In this document: piece by piece, positions 38,518-54,500 of the stretch
Numbering within the stretch: the stretch's first letter is position 1
How the letters are laid out: each line of letters starts with the position of its first letter
Source of the DNA: Blastocystis sp. Blastoise
Lineage: Eukaryota > Protista > Bigyra: Opalinata
DNA: 64,000 nucleotides
NCBI GenBank assembly: GCA_039096225.1
Contig: JBBPEB010000012.1
Span: forward strand, 143,071-207,070
Reading direction: 5' to 3'
The notes under the pieces: model-generated
The model's input: only the letters and a program-made list of their open reading frames with translations
Told to the model about the DNA's origin: nothing
The model's database searches: none
Program-made: the position numbers and the translations under genes

Positions 38518-41500
38518 TTAAAGTGAACGAAGTCTTCGTTTATTAGCATTAACAATATGAATAGAATTAGGTTCAAGAGAAATAGTAGTATCACTATAGA
38601 TTATTCCTTTGTTTTTAATAAAGAATGATTTGAGTGGATCTTCTAAAGAAGATAATATATCAACAGTAGTATCAGTATAAGAAGTAGGAACAGAAGCACG
38701 AATAGTAAAAGAAGTCTTAACATCTAAATTATCATTATTATATTCATGGAAATTATAAACATCCATAGAATAATAGAGTTGTTTTGTAGTTTGAAGAATA
38801 TATCTCTTAAGAAGAATCTTGATTTCACAAGTAAATTCTTGCATAAATATATCAGAAGCAGAATAAGTAATATCAATATAAGTAAGATCACTTCCAAAAG
38901 GAGGATTAATAGGTTTACATTGATGTTGACGTCTAGTATTATAAGAATCATAATGACGTTGTAAACATCTTTCACTTATTATACCCGTATAACCAGAAGG
39001 ACAAGATTCATAATGATATTCAGTAAGAGATACACTTGATAAATCATCATATTCACATATATCATTAAGAGACTTAGAGTCAATAATGCTGGGAACAGAA
39101 ATATAAATATAATTATGGAAAAGATAAGGATTAGTAGAATGTAAATTATCAATAATAGAATTAACAGAAACAGGAATATATTTTTCTAATGTTGTTAAAC
39201 TAATATAATTTGATTCAAAACGGAAATGAAGTGTCACAGTAAATATACCCTATAGATATATATTATAGATTTTTATTATTAAATTATATAAAGTTATATT
39301 GAATAAATAAAAAATAATTAAATAAATAATATATACATTTTCAAAAGTATAACTATAAGCATAATCACGAATAGATCCTAATTTATAAGCAAAAGAACGA
39401 ATTACACTTTGAGAAATAAGGAATTCAGCATCACTATCATAATCATATATAGCAAGATTATTAAATATATAATTAACATCAATAAGTGAATGACCAGCTT
39501 GAATATTTTTATCAACTATAAAAAGAAAATATTAATATTATAAAGTAAATAAATAATAATAAAATAAATAATAATAAAAAAAAAAACAATAAATAATAAA
39601 AAATATACCTAATCCAGAATAATCAGTTTGTTCAAATTGTGGACCATTAATAGTAGAAATACAATTCTTAGTAATATAACCTATATTAATATCATTATTA
39701 ATATATAAAGAAGCTCTATATCCAACAAGTGTTTCAGGCCATATTCCATCTTCATCTATTATACTAGAACAACTAGTCTTCTTTATACATTCAGATTCAT
39801 ATACATATTCATCAGATTTACATTCTGTACACATTGTATTACCATTTAATAATTTATTTGTATAACCATTTATACATAATTGACATATCTTAGATCCAGA
39901 TGTAGACCAATATTGACCATAACAACCTGTCATAGTTTCTATAGATCCATCAGGACATATCATACCAGAAGGACAAGTATCACATACTTTTGTTCCATCA
40001 TCAGGATTTATATATACAGGATATTGACCAGAATTACATTCAGTACAATTATTTTCTATTGTTTCATCCCATTCACCACTTATAGAACAGGATAACCATA
40101 TACCACCTTCATAACAATGCATTCCTGATTTATGACCAGCTGGTGTTTCGGGTATACTAAATTCTAATTCATGATAATTCACTATCTTTGAAGGACAATA
40201 TATTTGTTTACATGTATTTATTATAGGAGACCATAATTTATCAGATAAACAATTACGAATTATACTACCAGAATAACCATCTTCACATTTTAAGGATACT
40301 GATCCACCTACACTTGTATCAGGGAATATATAACCATTCTCTTCTATAGAATTACAATAAGTAGAACTACTTACTATTGATATTATTATATCTATACTAC
40401 CACCTTCATTTCTTAAAGTAATTGTATAAGATGATAAAGGAATAATAACAGTAGGAGTACCACTTATCATACCTGTATGAATATCAAAAATAAGATTCGA
40501 AGGTAAAGAAGGAGTTATAGAAAATTCAACATTTAATCCTTTATAAGTAGGAATAAGTGGAGTCATAGGTGTATTAATAGGAATAGAAATTTGATTTTGA
40601 GGATAAGAAACATCATAAGGAGCACGTAATTCACATGAATCTTCTATAATAGATCCCCATGTAGCAGGATATACATTATTACATATACGATGAGAATTAC
40701 CTATATAATACATAGGATCATTACAATTTATAATACTTTCTTCTCCAGCAATAGTTTTAGGCCACATACCATCACTTTCACAATATAATTCATTTATAGT
40801 TATGGATATAGTAAATGAATCATTATAAGGTTCAGATAAAGATATAGTATATATAGTAGTATCAAGTATAGTAGTAGAAGAACCAGAAATAATAGCAGTA
40901 TGAGTATCAAATGAAAGTCCATTAGGTAATAAAGGACTAATAGTAAATGATTGAATAGGTTTAGAACAAGGAATATCATATATAGGCATAGATTCTAATC
41001 TACTTATACTAAATATATTTTGAGAAGGAATACAAGATACAGTTGGTATATAACAATGATTTTCTACAGATTCCCATATACCTTCTGAATTACATTTTCT
41101 CATATAAACACCTTCATAAGGAGTAGAACAGGAAATACTCATACTTGTATTAATATCAATAGAATTCCATTCTAAATTATAAACAGAATCAATATCAGTC
41201 ATACATTGCTTTATAGAACATGTATTAATAGTATTAGACCATGTACCATCTAAATTACATTTCTTTGTTATACTACCTTCTAATCCTTCATCACATGATT
41301 TAGTTGATGTTGTATTTGTAGGAGTAATATCCCATATAACATCATCTTCAATTATACTATTACATGTATTTCTAGTACATGTATTAGTAATTTCACTCCA
41401 ATAACTATTATCATTATCAATACATTCACGAGATATTAAACCACTATATAATTCACTTTCAGGACAAGATAATTCTATCTTTGTACCAGCAACACTTTCT

Positions 41501-44500
41501 TCATATTTACCATCTTCAGTAGCATCACATATCTTATTAAGAATTGTAATAGCAATAATTACACTACCAGATTTATCTTCATTAATAGCAGTAATAGTAT
41601 ATTCAGTAATAGAAGAATAAATTAAAGGAATACCACTAATAGAACCATTTTCATTATTAAATATTAATCCAGATGGTAATTCAGGACTAATACTATAAGA
41701 TGATACATAATTTTCTATTATAGGCATTATATTTACATTAGATGTCTTTCTATACCAAATATAACTACTTTCATCATAATTAATTATAGGAATCTTATAT
41801 TTACATGTATTTTCTTCATCTTCCCATGTAGCAGGATATATATTATTACATACTCTAGTAATACTACCTTCTTTAAAAGAATCACATTCATGTGTAGATG
41901 TTGTACCACCAATAGCAAAATTCCAATCACCATCAACATTACAATATAATTCATTTATTATTACATTCATTTCATAACCACCAATTAATGGACTATTTAC
42001 ACTTATTATAAATTTAGTAGATGGTATTAATGTTGTTGTAGGAATACCAGATATTATACCAGTTTCACTATTAAATACTAATCCAGATGGTAATTCTGAA
42101 TTAATAGAATAAGATTCTATTATTTCACTATTACAACTAATACTATATTCAGGAACAGGTTGTAATCTAACTATATTAATTTCTGTTATACTAGGTATAC
42201 AAACAACATTAGTAGATGTACAATGATCAATTGGTTCAGACCATGTCTTATCTAAATTACAGAATCTTTCATAAGTACCAATAAATCCATCACCACATGA
42301 AATTGAAATTGATGTATTAGTAGGAATTGATTCATAAGTCTTACCATCATAAATATTTTCAGGACATTTCATTCTTATACAACTATCAGTTTCTGTACTC
42401 CAATAACTATTATCATTATCTATACATTCACGAGTAATACTACCTTCATATAATTCATTATTTTCACATGGAATACTAAATGAATTACCACTACTAGTTT
42501 CTTCATAACCATCTTCTGTAGCATCACATATCTTATTAAGAATTGTTATTGATATTATTGTACTATTAGATTTATCTTCATTATAAGCAGTAATTGTATA
42601 ATTATTTAATGATTTATATATTAAAGGAATACCACTTATAATACCATTCTCATTATTAAATATTAATCCAGATGGTAATGTAGGATTTATAACCCATTCT
42701 GTTACTATATTCTCTATATTTGGTATTATATTTACATTTGATGTCTTTCTATACCAAATATAATTTATTTCATTATAACTAATTATAGGAGATTTATAAA
42801 CACATGTATTAATTATTGATTCAGACCAACTAGCAGGATATTCATTATTACATAATCTTGTTATACTACCTTCTTTAAGAGAATCACATTCATGTGTAGC
42901 AATTGTACCAGCAACAGTTTCAGACCATTCACCATCAACATTACAATATAATTCATTTATAGTTATTGATAAAGATATACTACCAATATAACCAACAGGT
43001 TGAATAGTATATATTTGTTTAGACATTATAGAACTATAATATCCAGATATAATACCAGTTTCAGAATTAAATGATAATGTTTCAATATCAGAAATAATAG
43101 GATTAATAGTAAATGTAGTAATAGGTTTATTACAAGTAATAGTATAAGTAGGAATAGGTTGTAATCTTACAATAGTAATTTCTGATATATCTATAGTACA
43201 ATCAATAGAAGGTAATCCACAAGTATTAATAGTATTAGACCATGTACCATCTAAATTACATTTCTTTGTTATACTACCTTCTAATCCTTCATCACATGAT
43301 TTAGTTGATGTTGTATTTGTAGGAGTAATATCCCATATAACATCATCTTCAGTTATACTATTACATGTATTTCTAGTACATGTATTAATAATTTCACTCC
43401 AATAACTATTATCATTATCTATACATTCACGAGATATTAAACCATTATATAATTCATTTTCAGGACATAATAATTCTATCTTTGTACCAGCAACACTTTC
43501 TTCATATTTACCATCTTCACTAGCATCACATATCTTATTAAGAATTGTTATTGATATTATTACATTATTAGATTTATCTTCATTATAAGCAGTAATTGTA
43601 TATTCAGTAATAGTAGAATAAATTAAAGGAATACCACTAATAGAACCATTTTCATTATTAAATATTAATCCAGATGGTAATTCAGGACTAATACTATAAG
43701 ATGATACATAATTTTCTATTATAGGCATTATATTTACATTAGATGTCTTTCTATACCAAATATAACTACTTTCATCATAATTAATTATAGGAATCTTATA
43801 TTTACATGTATTTTCTTCATCTTCCCATGTAGCAGGATATATATTATTACATACTCTAGTAATACTACCTTCTTTAAAAGAATCACATTCATGTGTAGAT
43901 GTTGTACCACCAATAGCAAAATTCCAATCACCATCAACATTACAATATAATTCATTTATTATTACATTCATTTCATAACCACCAATTAATGGACTATTTA
44001 CACTTATTATAAATTTAGTAGATGGTATTAATGTTGTTGTAGGAATACCAGATATTATACCAGTTTCACTATTAAATACTAATCCAGATGGTAATTCTGA
44101 ATTAATAGAATAAGATTCTATTATTTCACTATTACAACTAATACTATATTCAGGAACAGGTTGTAATCTAACTATATTAATTTCTGTTATACTAGGTATA
44201 CAAACAACATTAGTAGATGTACAATGATCAATTGGTTCAGACCATGTCTTATCTAAATTACAGAATCTTTCATAAGTACCAATAAATCCATCACCACATG
44301 AAATTGAAATTGATGTATTAGTAGGAATTGATTCATAAGTCTTACCATCATAAATATTTTCAGGACATTTCATTCTTATACAACTATCAGTTTCTGTACT
44401 CCAATAACTATTATCATTATCTATACATTCACGAGTAATACTACCTTCATATAATTCATTATTTTCACATGGAATACTAAATGAATTACCACTACTAGTT

Positions 44501-47500
44501 TCTTCATAACCATCTTCTGTAGCATCACATATCTTATTAAGAATTGTTATTGATATTATTGTACTATTAGATTTATCTTCATTATAAGCAGTAATTGTAT
44601 AATTATTTAATGATTTATATATTAAAGGAATACCACTTATAATACCATTCTCATTATTAAATATTAATCCAGATGGTAATGTAGGATTTATAACCCATTC
44701 TGTTACTATATTCTCTATATTTGGTATTATATTTACATTTGATGTCTTTCTATACCAAATATAATTTATTTCATTATAACTAATTATAGGAGATTTATAA
44801 ACACATGTATTAATTATTGATTCAGACCAACTAGCAGGATATTCATTATTACATAATCTTGTTATACTACCTTCTTTAAGAGAATCACATTCATGTGTAG
44901 CAATTGTACCAGCAACAGTTTCAGACCATTCACCATCAACATTACAATATAATTCATTTATAGTTATTGATAAAGATATACTACCAATATAACCAACAGG
45001 TTGAATAGTATATATTTGTTTAGACATTATAGAACTATAATATCCAGATATAATACCAGTTTCAGAATTAAATGATAATGTTTCAATATCAGAAATAATA
45101 GGATTAATAGTAAATGTAGTAATAGGTTTATTACAAGTAATAGTATAAGTAGGAATAGGTTGTAATCTTACAATAGTAATTTCTGATATATCTATAGTAC
45201 AATCAATAGAAGGTAATCCACAAGTATTAATAGTATTAGACCATGTACCATCTAAATTACATTTCTTTGTTATACTACCTTCTAATCCTTCATCACATGA
45301 TTTAGTTGATGTTGTATTTGTAGGAGTAATATCCCATATAACATCATCTTCAGTTATACTATTACATGTATTTCTAGTACATGTATTAATAATTTCACTC
45401 CAATAACTATTATCATTATCTATACATTCACGAGATATTAAACCATTATATAATTCATTTTCAGGACATAATAATTCTATCTTTGTACCAGCAACACTTT
45501 CTTCATATTTACCATCTTCACTAGCATCACATATCTTATTAAGAATTGTTATTGATATTATTACATTATTAGATTTATCTTCATTATAAGCAGTAATTGT
45601 ATATTCAGTAATAGTAGAATAAATTAAAGGAATACCACTAATAGAACCATTTTCATTATTAAATATTAATCCAGATGGTAATTCAGGACTAATACTATAA
45701 GATGATACATAATTTTCTATTATAGGCATTATATTTACATTAGATGTCTTTCTATACCAAATATAACTACTTTCATCATAATTAATTATAGGAATCTTAT
45801 ATTTACATGTATTTTCTTCATCTTCCCATGTAGCAGGATATATATTATTACATACTCTAGTAATACTACCTTCTTTAAAAGAATCACATTCATGTGTAGA
45901 TGTTGTACCACCAATAGCAAAATTCCAATCACCATCAACATTACAATATAATTCATTTATTACTATATTCATTTCATAACCACCAATTAATGGACTATTT
46001 ACACTTATTATAAATTTATTTGATGGTATTAATGTTGTTGTAGGAATACCAGATATTATACCAGTTTCACTATTAAATATTAATCCAGATGGTAATTCTG
46101 AATTAATAGAATAAGATTCTATTATTTCACTATTACAACTAATACTATATTCAGGAACAGGTTGTAATCTAACTATATTTATTTCTGTTATACTTGGTAT
46201 ACAAACAACATTAGTAGATGTACAATGATCAATTGGTTCAGACCATGTCTTATCTAAATTACAGAATCTTTCATAAGTACCAATAAATCCATCACCACAT
46301 GAAATTGAAATTGATGTATTAGTAGGAATTGATTCATAAGTCTTATCATTATAAATATTTTCAGGACATTTCATTCTTATACAACTATCAGTTTCTGTAC
46401 TCCAATAACTATTATCATTATCTATACATTCACGAGTAATACTACCTTCATATAATTCATTATTTTCACATGGAATACTAAATGAATTACCACTACTAGT
46501 TTCTTCATAACCATCTTCTGTAGCATCACATATCTTATTAAGAATTGTTATTGATATTATTGTACTATTAGATTTATCTTCATTATAAGCAGTAATTGTA
46601 TAATTATTTAATGATTTATATATTAAAGGAATACCACTTATAATACCATTCTCATTATTAAATATTAATCCAGATGGTAATGTAGGATTTATAACCCATT
46701 CTGTTACTATATTCTCTATATTTGGTATTATATTTACATTTGATGTCTTTCTATACCAAATATAATTTATTTCATTATAACTAATTATAGGAGATTTATA
46801 AACACATGTATTAATTATTGATTCAGACCAACTAGCAGGATATTCATTATTACATAATCTTGTTATACTACCTTCTTTAAAAGAATCACATTCATGTGTA
46901 GCAATTGTACCAGCAACAGTTTCAGACCATTCACCATCAACATTACAATATAATTCATTTATAGTTATTGATAAAGATATACTACCAATATAACCAACAG
47001 GTTGAATAGTATATATTTGTTTAGACATTATAGAACTATAATATCCAGATATAATACCAGTTTCAGAATTAAATGATAATGTTTCAATATCAGAAATAAT
47101 AGGATTAATAGTAAATGTAGTAATAGGTTTATTACAAGTAATAGTATAAGTAGGAATAGGTTGTAATCTTACAATAGTAATTTCTGATATATCTATAGTA
47201 CAATCAATAGAAGGTAATCCACAAGTATTAATAGTATTAGACCATGTACCATCTAAATTACATTTCTTTGTTATACTACCTTCTAATCCTTCATCACATG
47301 ATTTAGTTACTGTTGTATTTGTAGGAGTAATATCCCATATAACATCATCTTCAGTTATACTATTACATGTATTTCTAGTACATGTATTAATAATTTCACT
47401 CCAATAACTATTATCATTATCTATACATTCACGAGATATTATACCATTATATAATTCATTTTCAGGACATAATAATTCTATCTTTGTACCAGCAACACTT

Positions 47501-48813
47501 TCTTCATATTTACCATCTTCTGTAGCATCACATATCTTATTAAGAATTGTTATTGATATTATTACATTATTAGATTTATCTTCATTATAAGCAGTAATTG
47601 TATATTCAGTAATATCAGAATAAATTAAAGGAATACCACTAATAGAACCATTTTCATTATTAAATATTAATCCAGATGGTAATTCAGGACTAATACTATA
47701 AGATGATACATAATTTTCTATTATAGGCATTATATTTATATTAGATGTCTTTCTATACCAAATATAATTATTATTTTCATAATTAATTATAGGAATCTTA
47801 TATTTACATGTATTTTCTTCATCTTCCCATGTAGCAGGATATACATTATTACATACTCTAGTAATACTACCTTCTTTAAAAGAATCACATTCATGTGTAA
47901 CAGTTGTACCACCAATAGCAAAATTCCAATCACCATCAACATTACAATATAATTCATTTATTACTATATTCATTTCATAACCACCAATTAATGGACTATT
48001 TACACTTATTATAAATTTATTTGATGGTATTAATGTTGTTGTAGGAATACCAGATATTATACCAGTTTCACTATTAAATATTAATCCAGATGGTAATTCT
48101 GAATTAATAGAATAAGATTCTATTATTTCACTATTACAACTAATACTATATTCAGGAACAGGTTGTAATCTAACTATATTTATTTCTGTTATACTTGGTA
48201 TACAAACAACATTAGTAGATGTACAATGATCAATTGGTTCAGACCATGTCTTATCTAAATTACAGAATCTTTCATAAGTACCAATAAATCCATCACCACA
48301 TGAAATTGAAATTGATGTATTAGTAGGAATTGATTCATAAGTCTTATCATTATAAATATTTTCAGGACATTTCATTCTTATACAACTATCAGTTTCTGTA
48401 CTCCAATAACTATTATCATTATCTATACATTCACGAGTAATAGAACCTTCATATAATTCATTATTTTCACAAGGAATACTAAATGAATTACCACTAGTAG
48501 TTTCTTCATAACCATCTTCTGTAGCATCACATATCTTATTAAGAATTGTTATTGATATTATTGTACTATTAGATTTATCTTCATTATAAGCAGTAATTGT
48601 ATAATTATTTAATGATTTATATATTAAAGGAATACCACTTATAATACCATTCTCATTATTAAATATTAATCCAGATGGTAATGTAGGATTTATAACCCAT
48701 TCTGTTACTATATTCTCTATATTTGGTATTATATTTACATTTGATGTCTTTCTATACCAAATATAATTTATTTCATTATAACTAATTATAGGAGATTTAT
48801 AAACAGATTGCAT
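38518..48813 (-). CDS. C-terminal part of a giant Cys-rich surface/secreted protein: alternating He_PIG (putative Ig) and hormone-receptor-like (HRM) Cys modules, TNFR/ephrin-like Cys region, two small 3' exons
   Basis: A 3091-aa ORF has repeated LPSGLIFNxxxGxISGxP and C..DG.W..T..G...C...G.I.R.C....W.....C modules. It splices (GT ~39608) to an exon at ~39337-39516 and a final exon 38518-39250 ending NANKRRLRSL*. Confidence 0.85.
41225..48805 (-). repeat. Near-identical coding tandem repeat, period 2001 bp (667 aa), ~3.8 copies
   Basis: The anchor GGAGATTTATAAACA occurs at 42788, 44789, 46790 and 48791. Confidence 0.95.
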
Positions 48814-49796
48814 GGGTATTGCTCTTGTTGGGGGGAATGGTGTGGTGTTTGGTGTATTTGTCGGTTGGTTGGTGTGTGTGGTTGTTGGTGGTGGGTGTTG
48901 TTTGTAATAATGGGTTGTTTGTTTTGTTTTTGTTATTTTGTGTTGGTTTGTGGAGTTCCCATATAAAACTTGTTATACTATTATGTTTCTAGTATGTTTA
49001 ATATTCATATAATTTATTTTTGGTTTTCTTTTTTTGGTTTTTGCTTTTACTGGCAATATTTTTAATGTTTGTTTTTATTTTGTTTTTGGTTTGGTGTTTA
49101 GGATACTTGAACCATTTTTTTTTTGTGTTTGGTTTGAGTTTTGTTTTTTGTTTTCTTTTTTTTTTTGGTTTTTTTAGTTTTTTTTCGGGTTTTTTATTTG
49201 TTCTTGGGTGTTTCTGTTAATAAATTATTTTTTTTTTTTCCCATTAATGGTTTTCTTTTAATTTTTGTGTTTGTTGTTGTGGATCAGATTTTCAGTTTCT
49301 ATTTTTTCGTGGTTTTGTTATGTGTTTTCTTTCTATCTTTTGGAGGTTGTAATTATTTTTGTTGTTAATTGTGTGTATGTTTGGTTGCTGTTTATTAGAT
49401 CTTTATAGTCTATTCCATGATTGATTGGTTTGTGGATTGATTATAAGTCTTATATTATTTTGGATTTTTTTTCACTTAGTTTTGTCTCCAATAACTATTA
49501 TATTTCTATATTAGGTTTCTTATTTTTTTTATGGAATATAGTTCCCTCTAGTTATTTTGTGTATTTTTGAATTGTTTTGATTTTGTCTTTAGATTTATTT
49601 CATTATAGGTATTGTTTTTTTTGTTTTTTTAAGGAATCATTATAATAATTTCTTTTAAATTTAATAGATGTATGTGTTTTATTATTGTAGTTATTATGGA
49701 TTAATATTTTTTACATAGAACAAATTTTTTTTATGTTTAAATTGTTAGTTATTATGATTTTTTTTTTAGTTGTTTTTGTGTGAATTATTCTTATGT

Positions 49797-49827
<31 letters not shown>

Positions 49828-51580
49828 GTAGTTTGTTTTTTTATTTTTTTTTTGTTTTTTTTTTTTCGAGTATTGGTGTTGTTCCTATTCTTGGTTTCTC
49901 TTTTTGTAATGGAAAAAAAGGAGAAAGAAGGAAAAAGAACTAGACAAAAATCCATCACCACAAAATAAATATATTAGAGAATATATAAGTTTATATTAGA
50001 AAGATTTTAGGAGAGTTTTTTTTATAAATTTTTTGGTTTTGTTTTAAGAATTATTATATTATTTATACATTGAGAGTATTTCTTTTATAGAATTTTTTTT
50101 TTTTGAGGGGGTATTAAATGATTTTTCTTTTTTGTTTTTTTTTTTTTTTTTGGGTTATTTTTTTTTTTTATTGGTGGTTGTTGTTTTTTTTTTTAATTTT
50201 TTTTTATTTATTTTTATTTATAAAAAAATATCCATAAATAAAGCATGTCTTTCTATACCAAATATAATTTATTTCATTATAACTAATTATAGGAGATTTA
50301 TAAGTACAATAATTATTTGTAAGTACCCATTCATAAGAATCACTACGTTGACAAGTATATTCAATATATCCTTCTTTATGTATTCTTGCAATCTGTTTTG
50401 CTATTATATTTTATAAATATAAATATCAATAATGTTTTATATAATTATCCATAGAACTAAATTAATTCTATTTTACTATTTTTCTTAGCTTGTTTGTTTT
50501 ATATCTACAGCGTAATAAATATGGTATATAATACGTGCCATTAATAAATATAAAAACCATTAAGAAGAAAAATACCATCTCATTGTATTAATTGTAACAT
50601 CTGGTCATGTAATATTAAATGATTGAAGAATATAAACGTATATTTGAGGTACTAATTATTAATTTTTTAAATAAAAATAAAAAAAATATTTTTATAATGT
50701 TTTAGTTTTTTTAGTGATTTTATTTTTTAAAGATAAGATTTTAAATATTTATTTTTTATATTTTTTTTTTTTTTGTTTTATGTTGCATTTTTATTTTTAT
50801 TCACATTTATGTTCACAATTCATTAAATAATATCTTAATTAAAAATTTATGATTTTTATATTGAAATAATGTTATTTAAAAATATTTTTTTTAATTTATT
50901 ATTTATTATATTATATTAATAATATAGTAGCTATTAAAATATTAAAGGGAGAGAATAAAAAAAATAAAAAAAGGGAAAGAAAATAACATATTCGTATTGT
51001 TATAATCAATTTTTATATAAGAACATTTCATAGATATTCTTTTTTAAATTAAATACCGCAAAAACATAATACTGATTATAAATATTTTATATTCTTATAT
51101 ACGTAGTTAGAGTTGCTAATTTTAAGCCATAAAAAGCAAAATTACTAATAGAATTGTAATACATCATTTTTATAAAATATTTAGTAGTAATTTCTTTATT
51201 GAGTTATAATGAAATGACACTTTTAAAACACCTATTCTTTTTAATTATTATAGGAAGCATAGTAAGTAAAATATTATATATTGAATATAATGCTTTTCTA
51301 AGAAATTTGTTATCGTTGTTAATGTTTAATTTAATAGAAAAGATTTATTTATATATAAGTTAGATATTATGAAAAATAAAAAAAATAAGTGTTGTAAATG
51401 CTATAAGGAAAATGTATTATTGGTTAAGAAGCCTCTACCAAAAAAATTTTAAAATTGGTGTTTTTAAATTATTGGATAATTTATGTTTAATAAAAAATAT
51501 AATTCTTGGTTAAAAGAAAGTTATACTTAGAAACCTTATGAGAAGATATATAAAAAATAAAAATAACCAAAAACGCGTCA
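48810..51580. other. Garbled low-quality sequence (probable long-read consensus artefact) inside the giant gene
   Basis: G/T-homopolymer noise contains remnants of the repeat unit (CTCCAATAACTATTA ~49486, AAATCCATCACCAC ~49948). An intact island at 50245-50395 encodes ...EYTCQRSDSYEWVLTNNYCTYKSPIISYNEINYIWYRKT. Confidence 0.75.
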
Positions 51581-54500
51581 TAATCGAGACAAAAACGCGT
51601 TAATTGTAGAAATAGGACTAAATGAAATAATAGCAGAAGTTGTAAATGGATTCAATGTGAATTGTATATTTTTTATGATATTAAGTTGATTTTGTGAATA
51701 GTTAAATTCAAAATCAGCAAAAGGAAAACATAAATATTCTTCATCTGTGTAATAGCCGTCAATACAAGTAGATTGTATATAACCAATTGTTCCAGAAGGG
51801 CAAGGCTTTGTTGATAAACCATTTTCATTTGCACTACCATAACCATCTTCATTTACAGAACAAGATCTAGGAAGATTACCTTTACAGTATCTTAATTCAG
51901 ATAATTGCAGAAATGTATTTTCATGTCATTGAATTATCAGTAAATAGACTTGTTTGGCATTTTGTAAATCTTATTAAATAATACCTATAAGCACCAGGTG
52001 TATCAACAACAAAACTAAGTGATTGATAAGTATGTGTAAATACATTACCATATACTCTATCTACAATAGTTTCAGTAATAAAATCATCATTAGAACCAAT
52101 TAATGTCCAATCAGAAGGATGTCGTCTACCACAATCATTAGCAGCAATTAATGTATAACGAGTAATTACAGTAGGTGCACTATAAGTATAACGTATATAA
52201 GAATTGACACTAGGGCAGCCATTAAAAAAGCATGCTTTTGTATATTTAGATCCATCAAATAAATTAGTTATTGGTTCATTTGAAATGGTAGAAAGATTAC
52301 TACTAGCATTAGAAGCATTCATATCACAATTACCATAAATAGGAACAATAGAATATTCAAGTTGAGTAGACATATCAGATTCAGGTAATTCATTACGTAT
52401 AGCTAAAGTATTAGTACCTGTATGTATAATATCATAAGTACTTAAAGTAAATGTATAAGTAGCAATAGTAAATGGTTTATTTTCAGTACTTATAAATACA
52501 CTTTGACCATTTATATAGACTTCAATACCACCAATAGTATTAATAGTAAATGTATATTGCATAGCTTCTTCATCATATATAGTAAAATGAGTTCTATAAT
52601 AAACAGTAGTTTCAGTATGAGTATTAGAAGCAAAAGTAATAGTATTCCAAGTAGAATCATCATAATTATATTGAGTCCATTCAGTAGTATCTTGAGAAAC
52701 AATACTTTCTTTCCAAGTATATTCTTTAGTAGTTGTGGAGACAGATAAAGTTAAAATAACAGTATTAGAACCTTCAGAATTACCAAATGTAACAGTATAT
52801 TCAGTAGAATCTAATGTTTCAGGAGCATTACCACGAATAACACCTACAGTATCTATAGATAAAGATCCAGGAAGAGCAGGAGAACAAGATATAGATTCAA
52901 CAATACCACTAACAGTAGGTATAAGATGTACTGATTCTCCTTTGTAGAATGAATAATTATTAGAATCAGAATAAGAAATATCATAAGGAATACGTTTAAC
53001 ACAACCATTAATAATAGGTCCAAATTCTATAGTACTCTTTAAACAAGTACGTGTATAATCACCAGTATAAAGAATAGGATCACAAGGTTTAGTAGCAATT
53101 TCACCAGGAACAGTTTGAGCAAAACCATCAACTTCTTCACAATAATGATCATATATATATAATTCATAAGTAAATTCAACAGAACCAGCAGCATTAGTAG
53201 CAGTAAGAGTATATATATAAGTACCTATAGTAGTAGCAGTACCTGAAATAACACCAGTTTCAGTATCAAACGTTAATCCAGAAGTAATAGGATCAGGAGT
53301 GATACTATAAGAATCAATAATACCAGTAGTAACAGGAGATTGCATAGGAATAGCACTATTAATATATAATGAATGATAAGCTATATCATAAGTATAATGT
53401 TCAATAGGATTAGCAGTACAATTAGTTAAAATTAAATCACTCCAAACACCATTACCTTCTACAAGTGTACATGTATAATAAGCATTACCAGAATAATACA
53501 TAGGACATTCTAAATCATAATTCATTTCAACATTAGTTTCAGGAAGAGTAATAGTATCATCATTAACAGTAGTACTAGCACAAGTAATACGTGTACAATC
53601 AGAAGTAATCTCACTCCATGTACCATCAACTTGGCATGTTCTATGTAATACACAACGATCTAAACCACCATCATAATAATCTATATCAATAACTTCTGTA
53701 GCTGTCTTAGTTTCCCAAGTTTGATTATAAATAGTATCCGTATCTTCAGAACAAGATCTTAATTCACAAGTAGATACAATTTCACTCCATGTAGCAGGAT
53801 ATTGAGGAAGACAAGTTCTAGAAGTATTACCATATTCAATAGGATTTTCACAAGGAAGTTCTTTAGATTCTCCAGCAATTACAGAACCATAAGATTCATC
53901 TTCACAATATAATTGATTAATAACAATAGAAACAGTAGTTTCATAAGAACCAGCACCATTAGTAACAGTAATAGCATAATCTTGAATATCTAAAAGAATA
54001 GCAGATGAACCAGAAATTACACCAGTAGTAGGATTAATAGAAATACCTTCAGGTAAAACAGTAGATTCAAAAGTATGTGCAATACCAACAATAGTAGGAG
54101 TTACTTCAATAGATTCATATCTATGAACAGAAATAGCAGGATAAGTAACAGAGGTAATAGGCATATCAACACAATTATTAACTAATTCACCCCAAGTAGT
54201 AACATTATCTATAAGTGTACATTGTCTATAAAGAGATCCACTTTGATATTGAGGACAATTAGCATAACGAATAGTATTAATTCCAGTGGCTAACCAAAAG
54301 AGATTATCAATTATTTGATGAGAACATTTCCTAATAATACAACTATTATCAACAATATCCCATAAACCATTTAATTTACAATATCTCTTAATAATACCAT
54401 TATAGTCAGATTCACAATTAAATGTAGAATAAGTACCAATAGGAGTCATAGGCCATTCAAATCCTTCACTAGTACCAGCATTACAATGAGTAGGACTATA

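Noticed and set aside
48810-51580. G/T-rich low-complexity block and its Phe/Val-rich ORFs as a novel element or hypermutated region
   Set aside because: It contains smeared remnants of the 2001-bp coding repeat plus homopolymer noise. It is best explained as poor long-read consensus.
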